Counted from the stretch's first letter, positions 39,048 through 49,159 are shown. The stretch is 64,000 nt of DNA from Candidatus Omnitrophota bacterium (GCA_028707125.1 JAQTUX010000002.1:16355-80354); one strand, 5' to 3'. Numbers and translations: made by a program. Notes: a model not told the origin generated them from the sequence alone.

Positions 39048-40052
39048 TCAGGATAAAAGATTAAGTTCGCCTAATTTTTCCGATAAATAATCCGCGATAA
39101 TATTGTTTGCCCTGTGGTTCTTATGCCTGTCGATCTCATTTATGGCCAGATCATCCGGCTCAAGATTCAACTCTGCCAGATAATATACAGGATCAATTAT
39201 GGCCAGATTGGGATGCTCTATTGAGCCGATCTTTTTATTTATATTCCAGAAAGGGTAACCAGTTTTAAAATCCGTGACCGAAGCGCACATCTCCGGAACA
39301 ACTGCCAGAACCAGCCTTATGCCGTGATTTTCGGTAAGATCTGCCATCCGCAGGATAGTATCGCGCGCCTGGCTGAAGGCATCCGAAGAATATAGATATC
39401 GATTATGGTCTACCTCGTTATGGATGCCCTTCGCCTGCCTTTGCCTGCGGATATTGTATTTCTTCCACCTGTAAAGAAAATACCTGGCCGTAAGCGAATG
39501 CGTATTAAGGAAATTCTTTTTAAAATAAAACTCCGGCTCGTCCGCGTCGTTAAAACAATAATATACAATTACTAAATCGGGGTTATATTTCATCCCCTTG
39601 ACTTTAAGCATCTCTAACTCCTGAAAACTATTATATCCTTCCACACCCATATTAATAACTTCAAACCTCGCGGGAGAAAAGTTATTATTCAAAGATGCCT
39701 CTAATTGTTTCGCGATAGTATGTTCTAAAGGCAGGAACCGGCCAAAGGCCTCAGAATCACCGATAAATACTATACGAAACACCCCTTGCGGCTTCTCCTG
39801 AGGGTACTCCTTATCCCTGAAGCCGTCAGAGTTGATCTCGATCTTATAACCCCGGTCTCTGTAATCTTCGAACGTGTTTGGCTTAAATTCATACCGTAAA
39901 ATTTTGTTATCACTCTTCTGAAATATATTCGCCTTCCAGGGGAAACGGCCCATTTCCCAGAACAGATACAGCCCTGCCTCAAAAATAAGAAACATAGCGG
40001 TAATAACGGCTATGTTCACGATTATGACTTTAGATATGGATCTTCTATCCAT
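39048..40052 (-). CDS. SGNH/GDSL-type hydrolase (esterase or acyltransferase-like), membrane-anchored.
   Basis: Block I FIGDSEAFG. N-terminal TM segment. Confidence 0.6.
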   Translation of the reverse strand: MDRRSISKVIIVNIAVITAMFLIFEAGLYLFWEMGRFPWKANIFQKSDNKILRYEFKPNTFEDYRDRGYKIEINSDGFRDKEYPQEKPQGVFRIVFIGDSEAFGRFLPLEHTIAKQLEASLNNNFSPARFEVINMGVEGYNSFQELEMLKVKGMKYNPDLVIVYYCFNDADEPEFYFKKNFLNTHSLTARYFLYRWKKYNIRRQRQAKGIHNEVDHNRYLYSSDAFSQARDTILRMADLTENHGIRLVLAVVPEMCASVTDFKTGYPFWNINKKIGSIEHPNLAIIDPVYYLAELNLEPDDLAINEIDRHKNHRANNIIADYLSEKLGELNLLS

Positions 40053-40073
40053 ATATATTTATTTTATGGATTT

Positions 40074-41279
40074 TCAGCTCTGTATTGCGATCTTTAAAAA
40101 CCTGCGTGAGCCGGCCTTTAATATCCCCGGCCTTGCAACGGAAAACTTGTCGTCAACGATCTTGCCCCCATCAAGGCTGACCGCGCCCTGCGCGATAAGG
40201 CGCCTGGCCTCGTTGCCGCTGCCTGCCATCCCGGAATCGGTCATGACCTTGACAATATTCTCCTGGCCGCTGATCCTGTATTCAGGTATGTTATCGGGCA
40301 ATTCTTTGTTGGAAAATACGCGCTTGAATTCATCGCGGCTGCGCTCTGCCTCTTTTTTTGAATGATATTTACCGACGACCATGAACGCGAGCCGCTCTTT
40401 GGCCTCCCTGGGATGCATCTGTTTTACGAAAGACAGATCTTCATCGGTCAATAATTCATAGTAACTCATCATAAGCGCGTCGGAAACGGACATGAGCTTG
40501 CCGAAGATCTCTTTCGGCGGCTCATCAATGCCCACGTAATTCGCGAAACTCTTGCTCATCTTCTGCGTTCCGTCCAGGCCTAGAAGAAGCGGCATCAATA
40601 TCAGCGCCTGCGGCTCCTGGCCGAAATCCCTCTGTAGATCCCTGGCCATAAGCAGGTTGAATTTCTGGTCAATACCGCCCAATTCAATATCCGCCTTTAA
40701 AACCACGGAATCATATGCCTGCATCAGGGGGTAGAATGTTTCCAGCAAGCTTACGGGCTTATTCTCCTTCAGGCGCTTGGAAAAGTCATCGCGCTCAATA
40801 AGCCGTGAGATGGTGCATCTTGAGGCAAGCGCCATGAAGCCGTCAAGATCAATGTGCATATTGCCCTTACGTTTAGAGGAAAGCCACGCGCTGTTCCTCT
40901 TTATCTCAAATACCGCCCTGTCCGTCTTGAGTATCTTGCGCGCCTGCTTCAGGTAGGTCTTGAGGTTTACCTCAACCTCCGAGGCGGAAAGCATCTTTCT
41001 CGCCTGGCTCTGGCCGGAAGGGTCCCCTATCATAGCCGTGTAATCACCGATAAGGAATACCGCCTTATGCCCCAGGTCCTGGAATGCCCTGAGCTTCTCC
41101 AGCAACACGGTATGCCCAAGATGCAGGTCCGAAGAGGTGGGGTCAAATCCCGCCTTAACGATAAGCTGCCTTTTGTTGTCGTAACTATGCCGTAATTTCT
41201 TAAGCAGCTCTTCCTCGGAGATTATCTCAACCGCCGCGCGCTTTATTGCCTTTAACTGCTCTTCGACCGGTTTAAACAT
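40074..41279 (-). CDS. tyrS: Tyrosyl-tRNA synthetase.
   Basis: HIGH motif (HLGH) and KMSKS. C-terminal S4 domain. Confidence 0.93.
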   Translation of the reverse strand: MFKPVEEQLKAIKRAAVEIISEEELLKKLRHSYDNKRQLIVKAGFDPTSSDLHLGHTVLLEKLRAFQDLGHKAVFLIGDYTAMIGDPSGQSQARKMLSASEVEVNLKTYLKQARKILKTDRAVFEIKRNSAWLSSKRKGNMHIDLDGFMALASRCTISRLIERDDFSKRLKENKPVSLLETFYPLMQAYDSVVLKADIELGGIDQKFNLLMARDLQRDFGQEPQALILMPLLLGLDGTQKMSKSFANYVGIDEPPKEIFGKLMSVSDALMMSYYELLTDEDLSFVKQMHPREAKERLAFMVVGKYHSKKEAERSRDEFKRVFSNKELPDNIPEYRISGQENIVKVMTDSGMAGSGNEARRLIAQGAVSLDGGKIVDDKFSVARPGILKAGSRRFLKIAIQS

Positions 41280-42822
41280 TGGCGCTCAAACCTATTTTCT
41301 CCTGCTCAATATCTACCTTTATTACTTTAACCTTGATCTTATCTGCCGGCTTAAGGGCGCTCATCGCCTCCTTGCTGATCTCGTTGGAAAATATCAGGCC
41401 CTCGAGGCCGTCTTCCAATTTCACGAATACGCCGAAATCAGTGACCTTCACTACCTCGGAATCCCAGGAAGAATCAATGGCGTATTTTTCGGCGATCCCG
41501 GCCCAGGGATTCTCCTCTAACTGCTTTAACCCGAGGGACAGCCTGCGGTTGGAGCCGTCAACCTGAAGCACGACCACATCCACTCTCTGGCCTTTCTTTA
41601 ATACGTCCTGAGGATTATTCACTCTTTTCAGCCAGGACATATCGTTGACGTGGACCATCCCCTCGATACCGTCGTCAAGCTCTACAAACGCGCCGTAATC
41701 CGCGAAGCTCTTGACCTTGCCCGATAATCTGGAGCCGACGATATATTTTTTCTCCGCGTCAAGCCAGGGGTTCGCCTCCAGCTGCCGCACGCTCAAGGAG
41801 ATCCTGCGGTTATCCTTATCCACGTTCAATATCTGCACCTCCACAATATCGCCTATGGCAAAGATCTCCTGCGGATTTGTTATCTTCTTGGTCCAGGACA
41901 TCTCCGAGATATGCACCAGCCCTTCTATCCCTTTCTCGATCTCCACAAATACGCCGTAAGGCAGTATGTTCACCACCTTGCCTTTTATTTTTGAACCCAC
42001 CGAGAATTTGGACTCCACGTCTGACCAGGGGTCGGGCAGCCTCTGCTTCAGCCCAAGAGATACTCTGTGCGTCTGGCTGTCCACGTTCAATATAGCCACG
42101 TCTATTTTATCCCCCACTGTCAGCATCTCGGAAGGATGGGCTATTTTTGACCATGACATATCGGTTATATGCAGGAGCCCGTCCAGGCCTCCCAGGTCAA
42201 TGAACGCGCCGAAGTCGGTTATTGCCTTTACCAATCCCTGCCTTATCTCGCCGACCTTCAATTCCCCCCAGAGCTTATTCCTGGCATCCTCTCTTTCTCT
42301 CTGCAGCGCCTCGCGCCTGGAAACTATCAAACCCTTCCTCAGATTGTCCACCTTTATCAGCTTGAATTTGAACAACTGGCCGATAATGTCTTTATCAGGC
42401 ACACCCTTGAACATGGATAAAGACGCCGGCAGGAACGCCTCTGTGCCCATGACATCAACAAGAAAGCCTCCCTTGACCTTTTTAACCGGACGGCCGTCGA
42501 TCAGATCGCCCTCCTTGTACTTCTGGGTTATCTTATCCCAGCCCTGCGCCTTATACGCCTTTTCCTTTGAGAGCACAACCTTGCCGCTATCATCCTCCAC
42601 GGCCTCCACCAAAACCTCGATCTCCTTGCCTACCTCCAGCTCGTCCTTGGCAAATTGAGCAAGCGGGATAAACCCTTCGGATTTATATCCGACGTCAATA
42701 ACCGCCTCTTTCTGAGTGATCGCGATTATCCTGCCCTTAATGATATCCCCCTCCTTAACCGGCTTTATGCTTTCTTCATAAAGCCGCTCGAACGCTGAAC
42801 TGCTTTCTGTTTTTTTAATCAT
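41272..42822 (-). CDS. rpsA: 30S ribosomal protein S1.
   Basis: Multiple S1 RNA-binding repeats. 516 aa. Confidence 0.92.
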   Translation of the reverse strand: MIKKTESSSAFERLYEESIKPVKEGDIIKGRIIAITQKEAVIDVGYKSEGFIPLAQFAKDELEVGKEIEVLVEAVEDDSGKVVLSKEKAYKAQGWDKITQKYKEGDLIDGRPVKKVKGGFLVDVMGTEAFLPASLSMFKGVPDKDIIGQLFKFKLIKVDNLRKGLIVSRREALQREREDARNKLWGELKVGEIRQGLVKAITDFGAFIDLGGLDGLLHITDMSWSKIAHPSEMLTVGDKIDVAILNVDSQTHRVSLGLKQRLPDPWSDVESKFSVGSKIKGKVVNILPYGVFVEIEKGIEGLVHISEMSWTKKITNPQEIFAIGDIVEVQILNVDKDNRRISLSVRQLEANPWLDAEKKYIVGSRLSGKVKSFADYGAFVELDDGIEGMVHVNDMSWLKRVNNPQDVLKKGQRVDVVVLQVDGSNRRLSLGLKQLEENPWAGIAEKYAIDSSWDSEVVKVTDFGVFVKLEDGLEGLIFSNEISKEAMSALKPADKIKVKVIKVDIEQEKIGLSANV

Positions 42823-42854
42823 TTACCTTTTATCCTCCTTAATATAGAATTTTT

Positions 42855-43463
42855 TTAATTTGGAACATTTCCCTTCAATTTACCGATCTCATCCATGACC
42901 ATCCGCGAAACCTCAAGGTCGCTTTTGCCACTCTGCCTGTCCGCCCTGATCGCCTCGCCGAAACAAACAAAGATCTCTGCCCGCCTTATCCTTTGTGACC
43001 CCTTTGGCATAGCTGAATCGGATCCCTTTATATAAGCGGGTACTATGGGAACCCCGGCTACCCTGGCTAAAAAGCCTATGCCGCGGTTCACCCTGAAATC
43101 GTCTCTAAGGCCGGCTCCGCGCGTGCCTTCAGGAAAAACAACCAGCCCCCTGCCTCCTTTCAAGATCTCTACCGCCCGGCGTATGGCAGCCGAGTCGGCG
43201 GTGTTACGCTTCACGGGGAAAGCGTTACTATGCTTAAGTATCCAGGAAAAAAGCGGGAAACTGAACAACTCGCTCTTTGCCATATAACTCAATTTTCTTT
43301 TGCTGATAGTGCCGAGCAGGACCGGATCTATGTTGCTTAAATGATTACTCGCTAATATAAACGGCCCCTTATCCGGCACGTACCCGCTTCCAGCGACTTT
43401 TATTTTACAGCCTGATATTCTAAGGACCAATACGCATATAGCCCTGAATATTACATACAGCAT
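42855..43463 (-). CDS. plsC: 1-acyl-sn-glycerol-3-phosphate acyltransferase.
   Basis: NHLSNIDP (HX4D) and FPEGTR motifs. Confidence 0.85.
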   Translation of the reverse strand: MLYVIFRAICVLVLRISGCKIKVAGSGYVPDKGPFILASNHLSNIDPVLLGTISKRKLSYMAKSELFSFPLFSWILKHSNAFPVKRNTADSAAIRRAVEILKGGRGLVVFPEGTRGAGLRDDFRVNRGIGFLARVAGVPIVPAYIKGSDSAMPKGSQRIRRAEIFVCFGEAIRADRQSGKSDLEVSRMVMDEIGKLKGNVPN

Positions 43464-43469
43464 GATGTT

Positions 43470-44936
43470 TTATTTAACCAATGACTTGCCGTATTCAAGT
43501 AAACGCCTGGCTTCTTTAAGGCTCTTGGACTCGGCATACACGCGGATTATCGGCTCTGTGCCGGAGCCCCTTATCATTATCCAGCTGTCGTTATCCAAAA
43601 TCAGCTTAACGCCGTCAAAGTCCTTCCTTTCAACTACCTTCCTGCCGATCACCATATCCGTATTCTTAAAACCGTCAATATCAAAACTACCCGTCTGGCG
43701 CAAGGCAATGCTGTCCTTGACATAGTAATACCTGCCGTATTTCTTCTCCATATCGGCAATGATCTTATCTATTGATTTCCCGCGGTAAGCCATCATCTCA
43801 AGCAGCATAAGGCCGGCCAGCGTTCCGTCACGCTCAGGTATGTAGTTCTTAAACCCTATTCCTCCCGCCTCTTCGCCGCCCACAAGCACATCGCGCGTAT
43901 TCATAAGTTCAGAAATATACTTGAAGCCGACAGGTGTCTCGAACATCTCAACGCCTAAGTCCCCGGCTATCTTATCAAGCACGCGGCTGCCGCATATCGT
44001 CTTTACAACCGCCCCCTTCATGCCTCTGTCCTGCTTAAGGTGTAATATCAATAACGCCAGTATCTTCTGAGGGCTGATAAACTCTCCATCAGGCGCCAAA
44101 GCCGCTATCCTGTCCGCGTCACCGTCAAGCACAAGCCCTATATTAAATCTGCCTTTTTTCATTTTAGACATAGACGGCCCTAAATTCTCCGGTATGGGCT
44201 CGGGCTGGCATCCGCCGAAAGAAGGGTTATATTCCCGGCGCGCGAATTCAATTCTTATACTGCTTCCTTTAAGTATCTCTGATATCAGGCCGTCCCCGCT
44301 GCCGTGCATAGTATCAACCAGGATCTTGAATTTCGCTTTCTTCAAGAGCTTAAGGTCCACGTAGGAACGCAGGAATTTAACGTAGTCATTTACAAAATCT
44401 CGATACGCGACCAGGCCCGTACCCTTTCCTCGCGCGCGATAAGGAGAAAGCAGTTTCTCCACTTCAGAAGTCACCTCCGAACCAGCGGCGCCTCCGGAAG
44501 AGGTCTTTATTTTGATCCCGTTATAACTGGACGGATTATGGCTGGCGGTGATCACAATGCCAGCGCTGGCCTTAAATCTTTTTACGGCAAGGCTGACTGC
44601 TGGAGTAGGAAGATATTTATCCGAAAGCAGGACCTTGATGCCGTTTTGGCTCAAGACCTCGCTTACCGTGTGGGCGAATTCTTTTGATAGGAATCTCGTG
44701 TCATAGCCGACCGCGAAAACAATCTCTCCGGAAGACAGGCGGCCTTTGTAATAATCGGCTATTGCCTGCGACACTATCCGCACATTCTGAAATGTGAAAT
44801 TATCCGCTATTATCCCCCGCCATCCATCGGTGCCGAACTTTATCTGGGAACGTATGTCGTCCATTGAAACAAGCCTCCGTTGTTTATCTGTAAAGCCCTC
44901 TCTTCTCAATATACCCGCGAACCTCATCAGGAACAA
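43470..44936 (-). CDS. Phosphoglucomutase/phosphomannomutase family protein.
   Basis: Active-site TASHNP and the metal loop DGDADR. Confidence 0.88.
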   Translation of the reverse strand: MFLMRFAGILRREGFTDKQRRLVSMDDIRSQIKFGTDGWRGIIADNFTFQNVRIVSQAIADYYKGRLSSGEIVFAVGYDTRFLSKEFAHTVSEVLSQNGIKVLLSDKYLPTPAVSLAVKRFKASAGIVITASHNPSSYNGIKIKTSSGGAAGSEVTSEVEKLLSPYRARGKGTGLVAYRDFVNDYVKFLRSYVDLKLLKKAKFKILVDTMHGSGDGLISEILKGSSIRIEFARREYNPSFGGCQPEPIPENLGPSMSKMKKGRFNIGLVLDGDADRIAALAPDGEFISPQKILALLILHLKQDRGMKGAVVKTICGSRVLDKIAGDLGVEMFETPVGFKYISELMNTRDVLVGGEEAGGIGFKNYIPERDGTLAGLMLLEMMAYRGKSIDKIIADMEKKYGRYYYVKDSIALRQTGSFDIDGFKNTDMVIGRKVVERKDFDGVKLILDNDSWIMIRGSGTEPIIRVYAESKSLKEARRLLEYGKSLVK

Positions 44937-45450
44937 GATACCTTGCCGACCTGCCCGCCCTTATCAGGTTCCTTATTTCATAGGCAGAGATGTCTATGGA
45001 TTTTATATTTACCTTGACTATCCTTTCCGGAAGGCTTGAGAGTATGTACCCCGGGCGATTAGCGACCACAAAATCAGCCAGGGCAAAGATCTCATCCACG
45101 TCCTTCCATTCGCCTAAATAGTTGATAAGGTCCGAACCGGTTATAAAGAAAAGTTTATCGTCAGGATATATCTTTTTAAGCTGCCTTAAGGTCTCAACCG
45201 AATAGGACTTGCCTTTGCGCCGTATCTCTATATCAGACACAAAAAAGCGCGGATTTTGTTTCAAGGCCTTCTTCACCATCACAAGCCGGTCTTTCGCGGA
45301 GGCGATCGAATCCTCCTGCTTATGAGGAGGTAGGTTGGAAGGGATGAATATCACCCTGTCCAGGCCCAATCCCTGCAAGACCTGCTCTGCCATCAATAGA
45401 TGGCCGTAATGTATCGGGTTAAACGTGCCTCCTAAAATGCCTATCTTCAT
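44884..45450 (-). CDS. nadD: Nicotinate-nucleotide adenylyltransferase.
   Basis: GGTFNPIHYGH (H/T-x-G-H) motif. Confidence 0.9.
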   Translation of the reverse strand: MKIGILGGTFNPIHYGHLLMAEQVLQGLGLDRVIFIPSNLPPHKQEDSIASAKDRLVMVKKALKQNPRFFVSDIEIRRKGKSYSVETLRQLKKIYPDDKLFFITGSDLINYLGEWKDVDEIFALADFVVANRPGYILSSLPERIVKVNIKSIDISAYEIRNLIRAGRSARYLVPDEVRGYIEKRGLYR

Positions 45451-46703
45451 GCCCGCACCTGTCCGCTGCCATAAATAGTATATTTATAGGTAGTCAGTTC
45501 TTCCAGCGCCATGGGGCCGCGGGCGTGCAGCTTATCAGTGCTTATGCCTATTTCCGCGCCCATACCGAATTCATAACCGTCGGTAAAACGGGTAGAGGCG
45601 TTCAGGTAAAGGCAGGCGGAATCTACCTTGCCGAAGAACACCCGCGCGCGCTCCTCATCATCGGTAACAATGCTTTCGGAATGGCCGCTGCCGTACTTAT
45701 TGATGTGCCTTATGGCCTCTTCAAGGGAATCAACCACCCTTACCGACAGTATCAGGCCAAGGTACTCCTCTGACCAGTCATTTTCCTGAGCCCGCTTTAG
45801 CCCCCTTACGATCCTCCTCGTCAGTTCATCGCCGCGTATCTCAACGCCCGCCTCCGCGAGTTGTTTTATCATCCCGGGCAGGAACCGCGCCGCGACATCC
45901 TTGTGCACAAGCAGCGTCTCCATCGCGTTGCAGACCCCCGGGCGCTGCACCTTGGCGTTAAAGGCGATCCTCTGCGCCATATTCAGATCCGCCTCTGAAT
46001 CAATATACACATGGCATACCCCTTTATAATGCTTGATCACGGGTATCCTGGATTTAGCGGCGATCTTTTTTATCAGCGCCTCGCCTCCGCGCGGAATGAT
46101 CAGGTCTATGTATTTATCAAGAGTGAGCATCGCGTCTACGGCCGATTTATCGGAGAATAAGATCATATTAAGGCAGCCCTGGGGAATGCCGGACTCAAGC
46201 GCGGCATTATTCAATGTGTTAAAGATCGCGCGGTTGGAATTCAGCGCTTCGGAGCCGCCGCGCAGAATAACGGCGTTGCCCGACTTAAGGCATAACCCCG
46301 CGCAGTCGGCGGTAACGTCAGGCCGTGATTCGTAAATGATCCCTATAACGCCTATGGGCACGCGCACCTTCCTTATCTTGAGGCCGTTTGGCCTCAATGT
46401 TTCCTTGATCACTTCTCCTACCGGATCAGGAAGCGAGGCCACCTGCTCAAGGGAAGCGCGCATAGCGGCTACGCGCTTATCATTAAGCGACAGCCGGTCT
46501 ATTATGGAGGCGGAAAGCCCCTTCTTCCCTGCCAGGGCAACGTCTTTCTGATTAGCGCCAAGGATCTCCTTGATGTTGGAAGATAACGCGGCAGACATAT
46601 TCCGCAGGGCCCTGTTCTTGATGTTGGTATCAAGGGCGGCTAAATCAACCGCCGCCTTCTTTGCCGCCTGAGCAATTTTGAGTATTCTTTTCTGGATATC
46701 CAT
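45447..46703 (-). CDS. proA: Gamma-glutamyl phosphate reductase.
   Basis: Aldehyde-dehydrogenase-fold ProA signature, adjacent to proB. Confidence 0.92.
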   Translation of the reverse strand: MDIQKRILKIAQAAKKAAVDLAALDTNIKNRALRNMSAALSSNIKEILGANQKDVALAGKKGLSASIIDRLSLNDKRVAAMRASLEQVASLPDPVGEVIKETLRPNGLKIRKVRVPIGVIGIIYESRPDVTADCAGLCLKSGNAVILRGGSEALNSNRAIFNTLNNAALESGIPQGCLNMILFSDKSAVDAMLTLDKYIDLIIPRGGEALIKKIAAKSRIPVIKHYKGVCHVYIDSEADLNMAQRIAFNAKVQRPGVCNAMETLLVHKDVAARFLPGMIKQLAEAGVEIRGDELTRRIVRGLKRAQENDWSEEYLGLILSVRVVDSLEEAIRHINKYGSGHSESIVTDDEERARVFFGKVDSACLYLNASTRFTDGYEFGMGAEIGISTDKLHARGPMALEELTTYKYTIYGSGQVRA

Positions 46704-46710
46704 CTTTCCC

Positions 46711-46730
46711 CTCTACAGGCTTACGCCTGT
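46711..46730 (-). promoter_or_regulatory. GNRA-tetraloop hairpin in the proB-proA junction. The proB stop codon lies in the loop and the proA Shine-Dalgarno sequence follows the 3' arm.
   Basis: mRNA sense: CUACAGGC GUAA GCCUGUAG, then AGGGGAAAG-AUG. The last three proB codons (LQA) form the 5' arm and the stop TAA is the loop. The stem is the same as in the dual-hairpin elements at 6521 and 26425. Confidence 0.6.
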
Positions 46731-47794
46731 AGCATCACCAAATCATTCCTGTGCACTACTTCCCTGGCAAATTTCTTTCCAGTATTTCCCGCGATCGCGG
46801 AAGAAGAAAAAGAAGATATGCCGCGCGCGAATTCTTCGCCGTTCTTATCCAATATGCTTATTATTTCACGAGCGTCAAATTCACCTTTGACATCAATAAT
46901 GCCCACGGCAAGCAGGCTTTTATTTTTATTTATAAGCGCGGCCTTCGCGCCGTCATCAACGACGATCTTTCCCTTCGGCTTTGTCCCGAAGGCGATCCAG
47001 TGTTCTTTCGCCGAAAGGCCCTTCTTTGACACGAACAAAGTCCCGTTATCCTGAGGCGCGATCACGGCTGAAGCGACTATTCGCTCCTTATACCCGTTAG
47101 CAATGACACATGGTATGCCCGAATCCACCGCGATCTTTGCCGCCTCGATCTTAGTGATCATCCCGCCTACACAAGTCCTGTTTTTAGTAGGGCAGGCCAG
47201 GGATTTTATCTCGGCGCCGATCTCATCCACTATCCGAATGACTCTCCCCTCTTTATCCAGCAGCCCGTCCACATCCGAGAGCATGACCAGGAGGTCCGCC
47301 TCCACTAATTTTGCCACCAGCGCCGAAAGCCGGTCATTATCGCCGAATTTTATCTCGTCTGTAGAAATAGTGTCATTTTCATTGACTACGGGCACGCGCC
47401 CTAATCTTAGTAACGCCAAAAGCGTATTCCTGGCGTTCAGGTAACGCTGACGGCTGTCAAAATCATCCCAGGTCAATAATACCTGCGCGCAGTTAATGCC
47501 GAACTTTTTAAATTGGCCCCTATAGTTATCCATCAACTCATTCTGGCCGATGGCCGCGGCCGCCTGAAGCAGGGGCAATTGTTTCGGCCTGGCAGCCAGC
47601 TTCATCGACTCCATCCCCAGGGCAATCGCGCCGGAAGATACAACGATGACCTCTTTGCCTTCGGCTTTTATCAATTCGCTGAGCTGCGAAACGATTTCAA
47701 AAAAACGCGACAATTCCAGCTTCCTGCCGCTATAAAAAAGGCTTGAGCCGATCTTTATCACGATCCTTTTATATTTTTTTGACGACCGCTTCAA
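46721..47794 (-). CDS. proB: Glutamate 5-kinase.
   Basis: Amino-acid kinase domain plus a C-terminal PUA domain. Confidence 0.92.
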   Translation of the reverse strand: MKRSSKKYKRIVIKIGSSLFYSGRKLELSRFFEIVSQLSELIKAEGKEVIVVSSGAIALGMESMKLAARPKQLPLLQAAAAIGQNELMDNYRGQFKKFGINCAQVLLTWDDFDSRQRYLNARNTLLALLRLGRVPVVNENDTISTDEIKFGDNDRLSALVAKLVEADLLVMLSDVDGLLDKEGRVIRIVDEIGAEIKSLACPTKNRTCVGGMITKIEAAKIAVDSGIPCVIANGYKERIVASAVIAPQDNGTLFVSKKGLSAKEHWIAFGTKPKGKIVVDDGAKAALINKNKSLLAVGIIDVKGEFDAREIISILDKNGEEFARGISSFSSSAIAGNTGKKFAREVVHRNDLVMLQA

Positions 47795-48722
47795 GCAGAT
47801 CCTCCAATCCTTCTTTCTTCAGCGCCGATACAGGGTAAACCGTTTTCTTAATAATACCCTTGAACCTTCTGAGGTTGGCCCCGGCCGCTTCAAGGTCCAT
47901 CTTATTGGCCGCGATAACCTGCGGCTTACGCGAAAGTTCACGGCTGTAAGCGCCGAGTTCCTTATTTATTTTTTTATAATCCTCTACCGGGTCGCGGCCT
48001 TCAAAACCGGAAATATCCACCAGGTGGATCAGGATCCTGGTACGTTCAATATGGCGTAGAAATTTATCGCCCAACCCTTTGCCCGAAGACGAACCCTCAA
48101 TTAATCCGGGTATATCGGCGACAATGAAAGACCTTCCCGCGGATTCGGCTACGCCCAGAATAGGGGCCTTTGTGGTGAACGGGTACGCGGCGATCCGCGG
48201 CCGGGCGTTTGAAACCGCCGAGATCAAAGTTGATTTTCCCGCGTTGGGAAAACCCACCACCCCCACTTCGGCAATAAGCTTTAAGTCAAGAAGCAGGTCC
48301 TTCTCTTCGCCGGGCTCTCCCTCCGTCGGATCTTTGACGTGCTTGTTTCCCAGGCCGCCTTTGCCGCCGCGGGCGGCGATAAACTCTTCCTTATCTATGG
48401 TCAGGTCGCGCAATACGCAGCCGGTAGCGATGTCTTTGATCACAGTACCCAGCGGCACCCGGATAACCACCGGTTCGGCCCCGGCGCCTTTTCTATCCTT
48501 TCCTGAGCCATGGCCGCCGTGTTTGCCGTGAAAATGGCGGTTATACCTGAAATCCAGAAGCGTATAAAGCCGGCTGTCCGCCAGGATTATTATATCCGCC
48601 CCCTTGCCGCCGTCTCCGCCATCGGGGATCCCCTGGCGCGTATATTTATCGCGGTAGAAACTGCGGCAGCCATTGCCTCCAGCCCCCGCCTTCACATTGA
48701 TCTTAGCGCTGTCAATGAACAT
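47769..48722 (-). CDS. obg: GTPase Obg/CgtA.
   Basis: Obg N-terminal glycine-rich fold (AGAGGNGC ... DGGDGGKG) and the G-domain GFPNAGKSTL. Confidence 0.93.
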   Translation of the reverse strand: MFIDSAKINVKAGAGGNGCRSFYRDKYTRQGIPDGGDGGKGADIIILADSRLYTLLDFRYNRHFHGKHGGHGSGKDRKGAGAEPVVIRVPLGTVIKDIATGCVLRDLTIDKEEFIAARGGKGGLGNKHVKDPTEGEPGEEKDLLLDLKLIAEVGVVGFPNAGKSTLISAVSNARPRIAAYPFTTKAPILGVAESAGRSFIVADIPGLIEGSSSGKGLGDKFLRHIERTRILIHLVDISGFEGRDPVEDYKKINKELGAYSRELSRKPQVIAANKMDLEAAGANLRRFKGIIKKTVYPVSALKKEGLEDLLEAVVKKI

Positions 48723-48725
48723 TGC

Positions 48726-49037
48726 TTACGCGGTGATCTCCTTGACCTTCAAACGCGTCAGCTGCTGCCTATGGCCCTTCTTCCAATGAGAGGATTTCCG
48801 CCTTTTGTATTTGTAGGAAACAACCTTCTTTGACTTAAAATGCCCTATGACTTCCGCGTCTACCTTCGCCCCTTTAATATAGGGCCGACCGACCTTGATC
48901 TCTGATTTATCGGAAATCAAAAGCACCTTATCTAAATGCACGGGCTTTCCTTCTTTTGCCTGGATCGTCTCCGTTTGGATAATATCGCCTTTTTTTACTT
49001 TGAGCTGTTTTGCTCCAACCTCAATGATTGCAAACAT
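48726..49037 (-). CDS. rplU: 50S ribosomal protein L21.
   Basis: MFAIIEVGAKQLKV ... 103 aa. Confidence 0.93.
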   Translation of the reverse strand: MFAIIEVGAKQLKVKKGDIIQTETIQAKEGKPVHLDKVLLISDKSEIKVGRPYIKGAKVDAEVIGHFKSKKVVSYKYKRRKSSHWKKGHRQQLTRLKVKEITA

Positions 49038-49159
49038 TTTGAGCCTTCCTCCTTATTCTTTAAGTTTTATACAGGCATTTATGATAACATATAAAAGGAC
49101 GGCAGTCAATATAAACCTGTGCCATTTATACGCCATTTAATTACAATGAGGGCATAGGG

